Shown piece after piece: positions 38,936 to 48,230 of a stretch of 64,000 nt of DNA (its first letter is position 1; every line of letters begins with the position of its first letter). Position numbers and translations under genes: made by a program. The notes beneath the pieces were generated by a model. It was not told where the DNA came from. It worked only from the letters and a program-made list of their open reading frames with translations, and did not search any database. Source of the DNA: Methylophilaceae bacterium (lineage in GTDB: Bacteria > Pseudomonadota > Gammaproteobacteria > Burkholderiales > Methylophilaceae); NCBI GenBank assembly GCA_018398995.1, contig CP073759.1, positions 1,130,311 to 1,194,310 of the forward strand. The letters are read 5' to 3'.

Positions 38936-39038
38936 CCAAATACTATTACCACTTCATGATAGGTGGCGTTCCCAACCTCGCTAAGCACTGAAGTGCTAAG
39001 TCGGTTGTAAAAAAAAGAGCCTACTTGGGGGTAGGCTC
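38936..39038 (-). repeat. conserved structured motif, copy 1 (unknown function)
   Basis: Read on the minus strand: hairpin + T8, then ACAACCGACTTA-GCAC-TTCA-GTGC-TTAGCGAGGTTGGGAACGCC, a hairpin, then GTATTTGG. Related to 57593-57694 with compensatory stem changes. Lies about 120 nt upstream of egtB. Confidence 0.5.
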
Positions 39039-39215
39039 AGGGGGAGGAGACAAAAAAATTAATCTTTGACTTTAACGGCTTAACATACTTTCAATACTGT
39101 CACTTTAAACGTTCCATTAACTTTGTTATGTACATGTTATTATCGACACTGTTATATTAATCTTTAGAAAAAAGCACAATATCGGGTTTAATTCATTAAA
39201 ATGTCGTGGTTGATC

Positions 39216-39395
39216 TCAGCCCTTTTCTATATAAAGCTCCAAATCCACGGCCAGTTCTAGCGCTTCCATTTGATAAAATAATGCATCATCCCAGCTAACA
39301 AAATCTCGTGTTGCCATCAAGCGGTCATAGATATGCCTATATGCTTTATACAGTTGATCTTCTTGGTCGCTGAGTAATTCATTTGCTGCTGTCAT
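39216..39395 (-). CDS. 59-aa acidic hypothetical protein (candidate)
   Basis: Not in the track. MTAANELLSDQEDQLYKAYRHIYDRLMATRDFVSWDDALFYQMEALELAVDLELYIEKG; weak SD. Confidence 0.3.
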   Translation of the reverse strand: MTAANELLSDQEDQLYKAYRHIYDRLMATRDFVSWDDALFYQMEALELAVDLELYIEKG

Positions 39396-39643
39396 GACGT
39401 TTTATCCTATATCAATGGTGTTATATCTACCTATTATTTCGGCGTCAATTGCACAATCTTTAGATAAAGTTGGTTAGCCGCTGTAGATGCATACTTTTAT
39501 TCGGCAATTATCCACTAGCGTGGCTAAGGCATGATTCGTTTGTATTTAGAAATGCTTTTTTCAAGATATCCATCAACTTTGAACTGAATCCATTGATTTT
39601 GCGAAAAAATTTAAAAAAACCATATCTAATGGTGAATTACCAC

Positions 39644-39672
39644 TTGGAAAAATTCTGAAATGACTGTATCAT
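39644..39672 (+). promoter_or_regulatory. sigma-70 type promoter for the tRNA-Val/tRNA-Asp operon
   Basis: TTGGAA, 17 nt, TATCAT, followed by a GC-rich discriminator GCGCGG. The tRNA 5' end is 20 nt downstream. Confidence 0.45.
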
Positions 39673-39692
39673 GCGCGGCTTGTTGTTGATTT

Positions 39693-39768
39693 GGGTGCTT
39701 AGCTCAGTTGGTAGAGCGTCGCCCTTACAAGGCGAATGTCAGCGGTTCGACCCCGTTAGCACCCACCA
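39693..39768 (+). tRNA. tRNA-Val (anticodon TAC)
   Basis: 76 nt; acceptor stem GGGTGCT/AGCACCC, anticodon loop CTTACAA, T-loop GGTTCGA, encoded CCA. Confidence 0.95.
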
Positions 39769-39816
39769 TTCAACAATAAAAACTAAATTGTATTTTTGTT
39801 CGCATCAATACTTTTA

Positions 39817-39893
39817 GGAGCGGTAGTTCAGTTGGTTAGAATACCGGCCTGTCACGCCGGGGGTCGCGGGTTCGAGTCCCGTCCGCTCCGCCA
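39817..39893 (+). tRNA. tRNA-Asp (anticodon GTC)
   Basis: 77 nt; acceptor stem GGAGCGG/CCGCTCC, anticodon loop CTGTCAC, T-loop GGTTCGAGTCC, encoded CCA. Confidence 0.95.
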
Positions 39894-39898
39894 CTATT

Positions 39899-39934
39899 CA
39901 AAGGGTTGCAGCTTACAAGCTGTAACCCTTTTTC
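39899..39934 (+). terminator. rho-independent terminator after the tRNA genes
   Basis: AAGGGTTGCAGCT-TACA-AGCTGTAACCCTT followed by TTTTC. Confidence 0.65.
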
Positions 39935-39944
39935 ATTCTGGCAA

Positions 39945-40097
39945 CTAGTGTGCTTGCTCTGTTGCTGCGGCTTCTACAAAGAAATAATGATCATCAAAAG
40001 AAAGATTCAGTAGTTCTGCTTCTTGTTGAGCTAATAAGAAACTATCAGCTTCAAATACTGGATGATTTTGTTCGTCTAATACCTGGTAAATTGTCAT
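39945..40097 (-). CDS. small acidic hypothetical protein (candidate)
   Basis: Track ORF 39945..40139. The internal ATG at 40097 is preceded by AAGGAG. 50 aa: MTIYQVLDEQNHPVFEADSFLLAQQEAELLNLSFDDHYFFVEAAATEQAH. Confidence 0.35.
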   Translation of the reverse strand: MTIYQVLDEQNHPVFEADSFLLAQQEAELLNLSFDDHYFFVEAAATEQAH

Positions 40098-40378
40098 GCT
40101 GCACTCCTTAGCGTTAAGTCGATTCATACAGTCTTTCATCTACTTTTGAGTAAATTCTGCATCAAAAGTTTATTAAAATTAACAGCTTACATTTTATTAA
40201 ACTATTTCATAGTAATACGGTTAATACTTAAAGTTATGTCTTAATACATTTTTTATTGTGCGACGTTAATCATTACAATTCTCCCCCAATACTGTGTCAA
40301 TATAATGACACCCTGACGAATTTGCTTGCTGTTTAACGTGGCAAAATAGCCTTCTTTTTATCTATTTGCCATTGTTGT

Positions 40379-40609
40379 TTATATGCTTTCTATTTCTTCA
40401 ATAATGTATGCGTCCGCTATTTGGACGTTTTCATCTTCTAATCGATTGAGTAAAGTAGTATCTAGGATAAGTAGATCCCAAAATCGTTGGTTTTCTTGTT
40501 TTAATGTTTCGCCAATATCCATTTGATTCATTTTCATATAACCTATGCTATGAATGTATATCGGCAGATCATTGGTTTTCTGAAGTGTCTTTGTACTTAA
40601 ATAAATCAT
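40379..40609 (-). CDS. hypothetical protein (candidate)
   Basis: Track ORF 40379..40672 trimmed to the ATG at 40609 to avoid overlapping the divergent DUF3820 gene. No family recognised. Confidence 0.3.
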   Translation of the reverse strand: MIYLSTKTLQKTNDLPIYIHSIGYMKMNQMDIGETLKQENQRFWDLLILDTTLLNRLEDENVQIADAYIIEEIESI

Positions 40610-40632
40610 GATAGAAATGCCATCTAAGAAAA

Positions 40633-40845
40633 ATGAATGCTGAAGATTTACAACAGTTAGTGACGACGGCAATGCCTTACGGTAAATACAAGGGTAGGCT
40701 AATAGCAGATTTACCAGGTCACTACCTCAATTGGTTTGCACGTGAGGGGTTTCCTCATAATGACCTAGGGCGGTTATTACAGTTGATGCATGAAATAGAC
40801 CATAATGGTTTGTATGAACTACTCATGCCTTTACGCAAAGCTTAA
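40633..40845 (+). CDS. DUF3820 family protein
   Basis: 70 aa; MPYGKYKGRLIADLPGHYLNWFAREGFP..LG.LL matches the DUF3820 pattern. Confidence 0.78.
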   Translation: MNAEDLQQLVTTAMPYGKYKGRLIADLPGHYLNWFAREGFPHNDLGRLLQLMHEIDHNGLYELLMPLRKA

Positions 40846-40847
40846 GT

Positions 40848-42020
40848 TTAGTGCACAGGTGAGTTGTCTACATCCAGACTCAGTGGTTTTTTCAATACAA
40901 ATGATGGCAGGATAGTCGTGATGGCAGCGTAGACGAGCAAGCCACCGAATAGCGTATCGCTGATGCCAAACTTTTCATGCAAAATCGTTGCGATAACCAA
41001 TGTGAAAATGAGCGTTGGCGTGAGTGCGACTGCAACGTCGAAACTACTTTTTGTAGAATCTTGATTGACATAGAATCTTTGTATTGCGACAGAGCCAATT
41101 CTAAACGGTAATAAAACGGCTGTGAAAGCCAAGCCGGTCCATAATGATGCTAACTGAAATGCGCCGTATGGTACCGACATGCCACCATGAAAAAAATAAA
41201 AAGGTACAAAAAAGGAGGCAAATAATTGTACTGCACGCAAGTTATCATCGGAAGCAAGTGTGGGCATTCTTTCTCGTAATTGTCGTGCTGCAAAGCCTGT
41301 AAAGAAAGCCCCTACAAGATAGTAAACACCGATTTGTTTGGTGAGGTAAGCAGCGATAAGCCCAACCATAATCAGTAGGGAAAATTCGGAGCCTGGTGCA
41401 AATGGTATAACAATGCGACCAAGAAATATAAATAGCAATGGCAGACCAAAAGCAATGGCAATTAGCACTACTGAGGAGCTAGCAAGTTCGCTCGGTGAGT
41501 CTGATTTTAGAAAAATAAACAGTAATAATAGTGCGAGCAGCTCCCCTGCAATAGCTTTGCTTTTTACCCAAAACTTTTCATTTTCGTCTAAGTTTAATCC
41601 TGTTAGCGATTCCAGAATAAAACCAGTTGAGGGTGTAAGCAGGGCCAATGCAATCAGTCCAGAGACTTGCATTGAAAATTCGAAGTAATGAATGCCTATC
41701 CAAGTAAAGCCAAAAATACCAAGACATCGTAAAAATAGATGGTTAAGTAACGGCCAAAATCCTTTTTTGAGTTCTTGCAGATTGACTTCTAAACCAGCAA
41801 ACAAAAATAATGAGGAGATGCCAAGCGCAGATAAAAAATCTAAGGTTTTATCATTGCTATAATCAGCAACTGTCAAAATGACAACCATGCCCAGCGCGAA
41901 GCAAGTCAGTGGTGCAGGAATATTGTATTTTTGTAATGCTCTGGGAAAAACAAGCAGCATAAAAACAATCGTTAAATACAGCACCTGAGAAGAGATTGCT
42001 GTAAGAGAAAAGTCTGCCAT
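40848..42020 (-). CDS. cation:proton antiporter (Na+/H+ exchanger family)
   Basis: 390 aa, about 11-12 TM helices, CPA-type sequence (LFLFAGLEVNL.EL). Confidence 0.8.
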   Translation of the reverse strand: MADFSLTAISSQVLYLTIVFMLLVFPRALQKYNIPAPLTCFALGMVVILTVADYSNDKTLDFLSALGISSLFLFAGLEVNLQELKKGFWPLLNHLFLRCLGIFGFTWIGIHYFEFSMQVSGLIALALLTPSTGFILESLTGLNLDENEKFWVKSKAIAGELLALLLLFIFLKSDSPSELASSSVVLIAIAFGLPLLFIFLGRIVIPFAPGSEFSLLIMVGLIAAYLTKQIGVYYLVGAFFTGFAARQLRERMPTLASDDNLRAVQLFASFFVPFYFFHGGMSVPYGAFQLASLWTGLAFTAVLLPFRIGSVAIQRFYVNQDSTKSSFDVAVALTPTLIFTLVIATILHEKFGISDTLFGGLLVYAAITTILPSFVLKKPLSLDVDNSPVH

Positions 42021-42575
42021 ATCGTGCTTTTTAAATGAGATGCTCCATTATTGCATAAATTAAAAATTAACAATATTTCATGTATTGGACTTACTTTAAT
42101 TTAATTATCAACATGCATCGATTTTTGCATCAATCAAATCCTTCTTTTCAACAAACCATATAGCAATCCTACTGATGCTCAATGCGGTTAGACATGTTTT
42201 TAGCCACTTTGATGACCAATCCGAAGCGGATGCTGTTGATACAGATATTGGGTCTAATGTAAATTTGCGAGCTGCCAATTAATAGGCGCTAATGCAAAGT
42301 GTGACGCCAGACGTACATACTTTTTTTACAGAAATGAATAGCATCGTCATAGCCAGTGACTAAAACAAATATTCAATTAATTGACCAATAAACTTTGTAA
42401 TAAGGACGCATTGATAAACGCCGCACCATTTAGGTGCATTGTATGGCTGTTTGTTGCTATGTTGTTGAATCATGCTAAAGCGCTATGCTTCATGTCAGGT
42501 TGCTAGCCATTTTAACCAGTTGTTATGGTTAGTCTTTTTGATAAAAATCTCAAGTAAGACGTATTGCTATTGGTT

Positions 42576-42590
42576 TGGCACGTCACTTGC
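42576..42590 (+). promoter_or_regulatory. sigma-54 (RpoN) -24/-12 promoter upstream of protease paralog 2
   Basis: TGGCACG-TCAC-TTGC matches TGGCACG-N4-TTGC exactly. It lies 52 nt upstream of the ATG at 42642. Confidence 0.6.
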
Positions 42591-42641
42591 TTTAAGTAAA
42601 CCAGCGTTGTTAAGTTTTTGATCGTTTGCTTGGAGGCTACC

Positions 42642-43643
42642 ATGAAAAAGCTGTTCGTTTTATTGTATCTGAATGTGATTACTTCAGCACAAGCATTACC
42701 CACTGATGAACTGATACAAAAAGTCACTCAGCATGTTGTGAAGATACATGTCTCACTATCTAACGGAAACAATGGGACTGGCTCTGGGGTGGTGGTAGCA
42801 AAAGATCGTGTAGTAACCAACTGCCATGTGATTGCAAATGCAACAAGTATCAGTGTTAGAGCAAACGGAGAAACCTATCAAGTGAGTGGTATTGTGCCGG
42901 ATTGGCGCCATGATCTTTGCTTGGTTGAAGTGGCACAGATGGCAGCACCAATTGCAACAATTGGCTCAAGTAAACACTTGCAATATGAACAAGCAGTGTT
43001 TGCCATTGGTTATCCAAATTTTTCACCCGCACCATCCAGTACTGCAGGACATATTAAAGGTTTGTTCTCAATGGATGACAGTGTCATTATTAGAGCAAGT
43101 AGTGCTTTTAGATTAGGAGCAAGTGGCGGCGGTGTGTTTGACGACGCAGGCAATTTAGTTGGTGTAATAACATTAAAAAGTCCAGGCAGGCAGGCATATT
43201 ATTACAATATGCCAGTTGAATGGGTGCAAGCACTCATGGATAAGCCAGTATTAGCGCTTAATACACAAGCGGAACCAGCATTTTGGGCGCTACCAGCCAA
43301 TCAATGGCCGTTTTTTATGCAAGTTGTACACCCTTATTTAAATAAAAATTGGACTTCATTATTATCAATTGCAACTAAATGGACCATTGCAGAGCCTAAT
43401 AACAATGAAGCTTTGTTTTATCTTGCGGTCGCAGAATATGCTATCCATGACACAGTTAATGCAGAAACGCATTTACGACAAGTCACTGCGGCAAATGCGC
43501 AACATAGCCAAGCTATTTATTATCTTGCATTAATTGCGGAAGAAACAGGTAGACATATGGAAGCATTAACCAATATTGCATTATTGACCCAGTTAGATAC
43601 TGAAGCTGCAGCCAAGCTAGAATCTGCCATTTATATTAAATAA
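42642..43643 (+). CDS. secreted trypsin-like serine protease with C-terminal TPR-like domain (paralog 2)
   Basis: ATG at 42642 with GGAGG SD; signal peptide; triad contexts TNCHV, DLCLV, GASGGG; shared PAFW/PFFMQVVHPY module. Confidence 0.8.
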   Translation: MKKLFVLLYLNVITSAQALPTDELIQKVTQHVVKIHVSLSNGNNGTGSGVVVAKDRVVTNCHVIANATSISVRANGETYQVSGIVPDWRHDLCLVEVAQMAAPIATIGSSKHLQYEQAVFAIGYPNFSPAPSSTAGHIKGLFSMDDSVIIRASSAFRLGASGGGVFDDAGNLVGVITLKSPGRQAYYYNMPVEWVQALMDKPVLALNTQAEPAFWALPANQWPFFMQVVHPYLNKNWTSLLSIATKWTIAEPNNNEALFYLAVAEYAIHDTVNAETHLRQVTAANAQHSQAIYYLALIAEETGRHMEALTNIALLTQLDTEAAAKLESAIYIK

Positions 43644-43647
43644 CCAT

Positions 43648-44085
43648 ATGCTGGTTTCAAAAAAAACACTAGTGTTAGTGATCGTATTGGCTGGTCTACC
43701 TGCTTTTTTTGGCGCCTGCACACAACAAGAAACGGAAGTGCCAGTGCAAATAGATACGGTATTGCAAACAGCGATTGAGCAATGCGGTGATATTACAGAA
43801 AGAGCTGCAGCTGATTTGGTTGCAATAGTCGAATTTCAACGACTAGAAATTATCGGTCGAAAAGCACGCGTTTTTAAAATGTGCATGCAAGATCATGGCT
43901 TTATTGAAAATCCAGTTTGGTTAAATTACAGTCAATCTGTTGCCCAAAAACTAGCCGAAAAAAATCATATTTCTGTGAATGAGGCACTAGAAAACCTAAG
44001 GCGCGCCAATATGATATTACCAATGGGAGAAGGCGATAGACCAAACTATTGGTTGAAAAATGGGGAAGCTACGCCCAACTCTTAA
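43648..44085 (+). CDS. lipoprotein of unknown function, coupled to protease paralog 2
   Basis: 145 aa; lipobox-like FFGAC after a hydrophobic leader; starts 4 nt after the protease stop. Confidence 0.6.
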   Translation: MLVSKKTLVLVIVLAGLPAFFGACTQQETEVPVQIDTVLQTAIEQCGDITERAAADLVAIVEFQRLEIIGRKARVFKMCMQDHGFIENPVWLNYSQSVAQKLAEKNHISVNEALENLRRANMILPMGEGDRPNYWLKNGEATPNS

Positions 44086-44200
44086 GCTTAGAACTTACAG
44101 CGCTGATTGATATAGCTAACTGAAAGCATCATCACTAAGCTAACGACAATAAATGTCTTGTTTGTATGGATATCGTTATCTGATTTATTTGTAATGACTG

Positions 44201-44563
44201 CTAAATCGTTAACATTTTTGCTGCATCGATAAGTTGGCTTGATAACTCAGCCAACTTCATATTCTTTTTGATCGCCATGCTGCGTAGCATGCTATAAGCC
44301 TCATCTTCATTGAGATTACGTTGTCGCATTAACATGTCTTTTGCACGCTCAACAACTTTTCGTTCATCCAACTTTTCATTCGCTAGCTTTAGCTCTTGTG
44401 TAAGTGGTTTCGTTTCTTCAAATCTTGCAATTGCCGCTTCTATCACTGGGGTTAACCTTTCGCTCGAAATCGTTCCTACTACATATGCACTCCCTCCCGC
44501 TTTAGTGGCCGCTTTAACGACTTCTTTATCACCATCTTGTAAATCATCACAACTGGTTTTGTA
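44201..44563 (-). pseudogene. 5'-truncated ANTAR response regulator (AmiR/NasT type)
   Basis: The ANTAR domain is intact (ERKVVERAKDMLM......EDEAY..LR..A...N.KL.E.). The in-frame upstream extension encodes only the last ~40 residues of a receiver domain (..AGGSAYVVGTIS..L.PVIEAAIARF), then hits stops at 44564-44602. The only start is a GTG at 44446. Confidence 0.6.
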
Positions 44564-45122
44564 TTATGTTGCGTTCTATCAAATAGTATCTAATACCGCC
44601 TAGCTTGGAGCTTGGGTATAGATAATCAGAATATCGAGTTCTTACTCTCAACATAGTGCCACTCAATTGATTCTGTTACACAATTACTAAGCAAATGACG
44701 TGCCAGAACAAAAAAATGTTCTGAGCACGATGGATAAGTGTTGAGAATCGTTTGTATCGCCAGCAAGCTGAGACCAACAGGGGCTCTAATTGCACAACAT
44801 GAGTGCACATGCACCATGGAAGCGGATAACGACGAGAAAGATGCATGAGCATGCGCGTCTCTTTTAGAATATGATAAGCATGTCAAAAAAGCAGGCTTTA
44901 GTGCGTCTATATTTGCTGGGCTCAATATTGACTAATATTGCTAACGTAGTGTTAGCAAGGAGCTATGCCAATTGGCATTTCAATTTTGCAAAAAGAAACA
45001 GACTGGCCAGTCAATTCACTATGTTAGACTGCATTTTTACTATGAGTCGTTGTCCAAAATCAATGACGATTAACTCTTTGAATCAATATCACGGTAGGAA
45101 AAGCTTTAGGTAAGACTGTTAA

Positions 45123-46058
45123 ATGCGCATGATAAAAACACCCCCTAATTCTAACGAGATTTGGTCATTGCCGGTTCGCAACGCTGATGTGTTGACATTG
45201 CGGGTTAATCGCAATATCGTGTTGACCTTGTTGATATCCATTCTGATTCATCTTTCTATGCTATGGATTTTTGCGCCTAAGTTGTTTTCTATAGGCACCC
45301 CAACGGCGGATGCGCCCCCATTAGAAATTACATTAGGGCCTCCACAAAAAGAACAAGTAGCACCAAGTGAGGCGGTTGAGCCGTCACCAGAGGTGATTCA
45401 ACAAGTGCCGCTGGCACCTGCCAAGAAGACGCCAGCAAACCGCGCACCGCCTCAGCCAGCCCAACCAGCAGCGCCGGCTGTTAGTTTGGTTGAGCAATCT
45501 GATTTGTTTATTCCAAAAGAGAAAAAACTGAATAAAAAAATCCCCCAATTCCAACCGCCGGAAACACCCATTACCCCTTTGCCAGGCGAGGATATGCAAG
45601 CGTATATTAAAAGACAGCAGCAGGCTAAATTGGCAAAAGAGGGGCTATCAGAGCAGGATGTTGAGGCGGTAATTGCCAGTAATAATCCACAGAGCGAGGG
45701 TGATAAACGAGATGCGAAAATTAAAGAAAATCTGAATCTAGACGGGAAAAATGGCATCTTCGAGATTCGTTATTTAGGTCTTCGCAGCGCGCAGTTTAGT
45801 TTTAAGGGTTGGAAAAATAATATTAATACCGCACGCTTAGAAGTGTTTGATGTGTCTGCATCAGATGGTACGGAAATTAAGCGCGCAGTCATTAGAAAAA
45901 TGATAGAAATTATTCGCCGTGATTATCAAGGTGATTTTAATTGGGAGTCGCATCGTTTGCGGCGTGTCATTACCCTTTCAGCAAGAGCAGAAGATACGGA
46001 GGCACTTGAAGCCTTTATGTTGCAAGAGTTTTTTGGGCCTGGAACACAAATTCGTTAA
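45123..46058 (+). CDS. membrane-anchored proline-rich hypothetical protein
   Basis: 311 aa; one TM helix, a Pro/Ala/Gln-rich spacer and an unrecognised C-terminal domain. It is not a canonical TonB C-terminus. Confidence 0.55.
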   Translation: MRMIKTPPNSNEIWSLPVRNADVLTLRVNRNIVLTLLISILIHLSMLWIFAPKLFSIGTPTADAPPLEITLGPPQKEQVAPSEAVEPSPEVIQQVPLAPAKKTPANRAPPQPAQPAAPAVSLVEQSDLFIPKEKKLNKKIPQFQPPETPITPLPGEDMQAYIKRQQQAKLAKEGLSEQDVEAVIASNNPQSEGDKRDAKIKENLNLDGKNGIFEIRYLGLRSAQFSFKGWKNNINTARLEVFDVSASDGTEIKRAVIRKMIEIIRRDYQGDFNWESHRLRRVITLSARAEDTEALEAFMLQEFFGPGTQIR

Positions 46059-46076
46059 TGATTGAGTGTCGGTGAT

Positions 46077-46580
46077 TTATTTTGGCCCTAAGAAGTCACG
46101 TTTGCCAAGCTCGACACCATGATGGCGAAGCAAGTTATAGGTAGTGGTAACATGAAAATAAACATTGGGTTGTACCCAGCGTAATAGATAGTCTAGCCCA
46201 ACAAATTCCCGTTTAGCATCACGCACCATCAATTCGATATGACGTGTTTCTGCACCATCTAATTGTTGCGGCTCAATACTTTCCAAAAAAGCAATGGTTT
46301 TGAGTAAACGCTGCTCTAGTGCTGCAAATGTCGTTTCATCATCTGCATACTGAGGCACAGGCATCCCTGCCAAACGTGCGCCTGCACCTTTGCTCATATC
46401 CGTTGCAATTTGCACTTGCCTGATTAATGGATACATGTCGGGTGCCAATCTTGCATTCAGTAATTCAGCATGATTAATATTGCGCGCATCTGCAAATCGC
46501 CTGCCTGTTTTGAGAATATGCAAACAATTGTTTAACGCCAGGATGAGTGGTGGAATACTAATGTCATACATATGTGCCAT
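46077..46580 (-). CDS. DUF1993 domain protein
   Basis: About 167 aa from the ATG at 46580 (track ORF extends to 46661). MYDISIPP...L..L..IL.K and the C-terminal FH.TT.Y.LLRH.GV.LGK.DFLG are typical of DUF1993. Confidence 0.75.
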   Translation of the reverse strand: MAHMYDISIPPLILALNNCLHILKTGRRFADARNINHAELLNARLAPDMYPLIRQVQIATDMSKGAGARLAGMPVPQYADDETTFAALEQRLLKTIAFLESIEPQQLDGAETRHIELMVRDAKREFVGLDYLLRWVQPNVYFHVTTTYNLLRHHGVELGKRDFLGPK

Positions 46581-46605
46581 TTGAATGTGCCTTGTAGTGC
46601 GTTGA

Positions 46606-46947
46606 TTACTGACAAAACTTTGCTTTGATGCGTAAAAACGTTTGCGTGAAAAGATTGCCATCTAGCTTGTAATGCTTGTGCAATGGCTGTTTAACCTCCC
46701 ATTTTGCTGAAAGGCCAGCCGGAAACGTGACCAAATCACCAGCACCAAACGTAACGGGTGTTCCGCTATTGCCTTGGTGATCTAGCGGCGTAATCACACA
46801 CGCACCAGCAATAATATAAGCAATTTCTTGCTCTGGAAAATACCAGTCAAAAACTGAAACTTCTTTTTCCCATGTTGGCCATTTTTTGACATTCAGCTGA
46901 TCTAACTCAGCTTGCGATGGTTTATTTTTAACAGTGATTTGATGCAT
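46606..46947 (-). CDS. cupin domain protein (DUF861/EutQ-like)
   Basis: About 113 aa from the ATG at 46947; WPTWEKEVS.F.W.....E..YI..G...I.P and GDLVTFP.GL...W.V. Confidence 0.7.
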   Translation of the reverse strand: MHQITVKNKPSQAELDQLNVKKWPTWEKEVSVFDWYFPEQEIAYIIAGACVITPLDHQGNSGTPVTFGAGDLVTFPAGLSAKWEVKQPLHKHYKLDGNLFTQTFLRIKAKFCQ

Positions 46948-46994
46948 AATTTTCCAGTAAGCGTTACGGTTATAAAACATTGATTCTATCGTAT

Positions 46995-48230
46995 TTAGTG
47001 GAGTTGCTGTAATTCTAACTGCCGTAGTTTGGGTGCTTTTTTAGCGGTAACAGCCACAACGCCTAACGTCATCAAGCCACCAAATATCACAGAAGGTATC
47101 AAGCCCATCAACCGCGCCATCACACCAGATTCGAAGGCGCCTAATTCGTTAGATGAGCCAATAAAAATACCATTAATGGCGGACACTCTACCGCGCATGC
47201 TATCGGGTGTCGCCAGTTGCATAATGGTACTGCGTAAAATGACCGAAACACCATCTAATGCCCCTGCTGCAGCTAAAATGATGGTCGATAACCAAAAAGA
47301 AGTGCTAAGTGCAAACGCAATCATGCACAGACCAAAGCCGGCGACCGCCGATAGCAACCATCGTCCAGCATGTAAATTAATCGGATTTTTAGTTAACCAT
47401 AACCCTGTTAAGATGGCGCCAACCGCTGGCGCTGCCCGTAACATACCCAAACCTTCAGGACCCATTTGATAAATGTCATGTACAAAAGCGGGTAATAACG
47501 CCACCGCACCACCAAACAAAACTGCAAACATATCTAATAATTGCGCACCAAGTAAGATTTGGTTTCCCCAGACAAACCGCAAGCCTTCAGCAATACTCTT
47601 AAAAACAGGGTGGGCGTTTTTTGCTAAAGGCTCTGTAACAGAGAGCCGAAATAACGCAATGATTGCGCCCGCACAAAGCATTGCAGCTAAGCTATAAGCC
47701 GCAGTCTTATTGACAAAACCAACCAATAAGCCGCCAATGGCAGGACCAACAATTAAGCCAAGTTGGAACATGGCGCTACCAATGCTAGCGCCACGTGCAA
47801 AGGTTGCGCGCGGCACAATAATGGCAAATAAAGTATTGTAGCTTGGCGCAATAAATGCACGTGCAAAGCCAGTTAAGGCAACCGAGGCGTAAATCCAAAA
47901 AGTAACATTGCCACTAATGATGCCTTTTGAAACAATAGCAAGGGTTAACGCACTTAAGCATAATAATGCTGCGGCTAAAATGCCAAATAATCGGCGTGAA
48001 TAATAATGATCAACAGCATGTCCAGCAAACAAAGCGCTGGAAAAATAAGGCACCACTTCTGCCAGGCCGATTAATCCCAATGCTAATGGGTCGTGTGTGA
48101 TTTCATAAATATGCCAGCCTGCAACAACTGCCATGATTTGATAAGCCAATACCATTTGTACGCGAAATGCGAGCAACTTCGGAAAGGCATATTGATGGTT
48201 GCTAAAAAGTTGATTAATAGAAAGCAGCAT
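46995..48230 (-). CDS. MFS transporter
   Basis: 411 aa, 12 predicted TM helices, MFS-type loops. Confidence 0.8.
   Translation of the reverse strand: MLLSINQLFSNHQYAFPKLLAFRVQMVLAYQIMAVVAGWHIYEITHDPLALGLIGLAEVVPYFSSALFAGHAVDHYYSRRLFGILAAALLCLSALTLAIVSKGIISGNVTFWIYASVALTGFARAFIAPSYNTLFAIIVPRATFARGASIGSAMFQLGLIVGPAIGGLLVGFVNKTAAYSLAAMLCAGAIIALFRLSVTEPLAKNAHPVFKSIAEGLRFVWGNQILLGAQLLDMFAVLFGGAVALLPAFVHDIYQMGPEGLGMLRAAPAVGAILTGLWLTKNPINLHAGRWLLSAVAGFGLCMIAFALSTSFWLSTIILAAAGALDGVSVILRSTIMQLATPDSMRGRVSAINGIFIGSSNELGAFESGVMARLMGLIPSVIFGGLMTLGVVAVTAKKAPKLRQLELQQLH

Noticed and set aside
44626-45113. Track ORFs 44626..44925 (-) and 44871..45113 (+)
   Set aside because: They overlap each other, lack SDs, and resemble neither a receiver domain nor any other family. 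They are likely non-coding sequence left by the deletion that truncated the ANTAR regulator.
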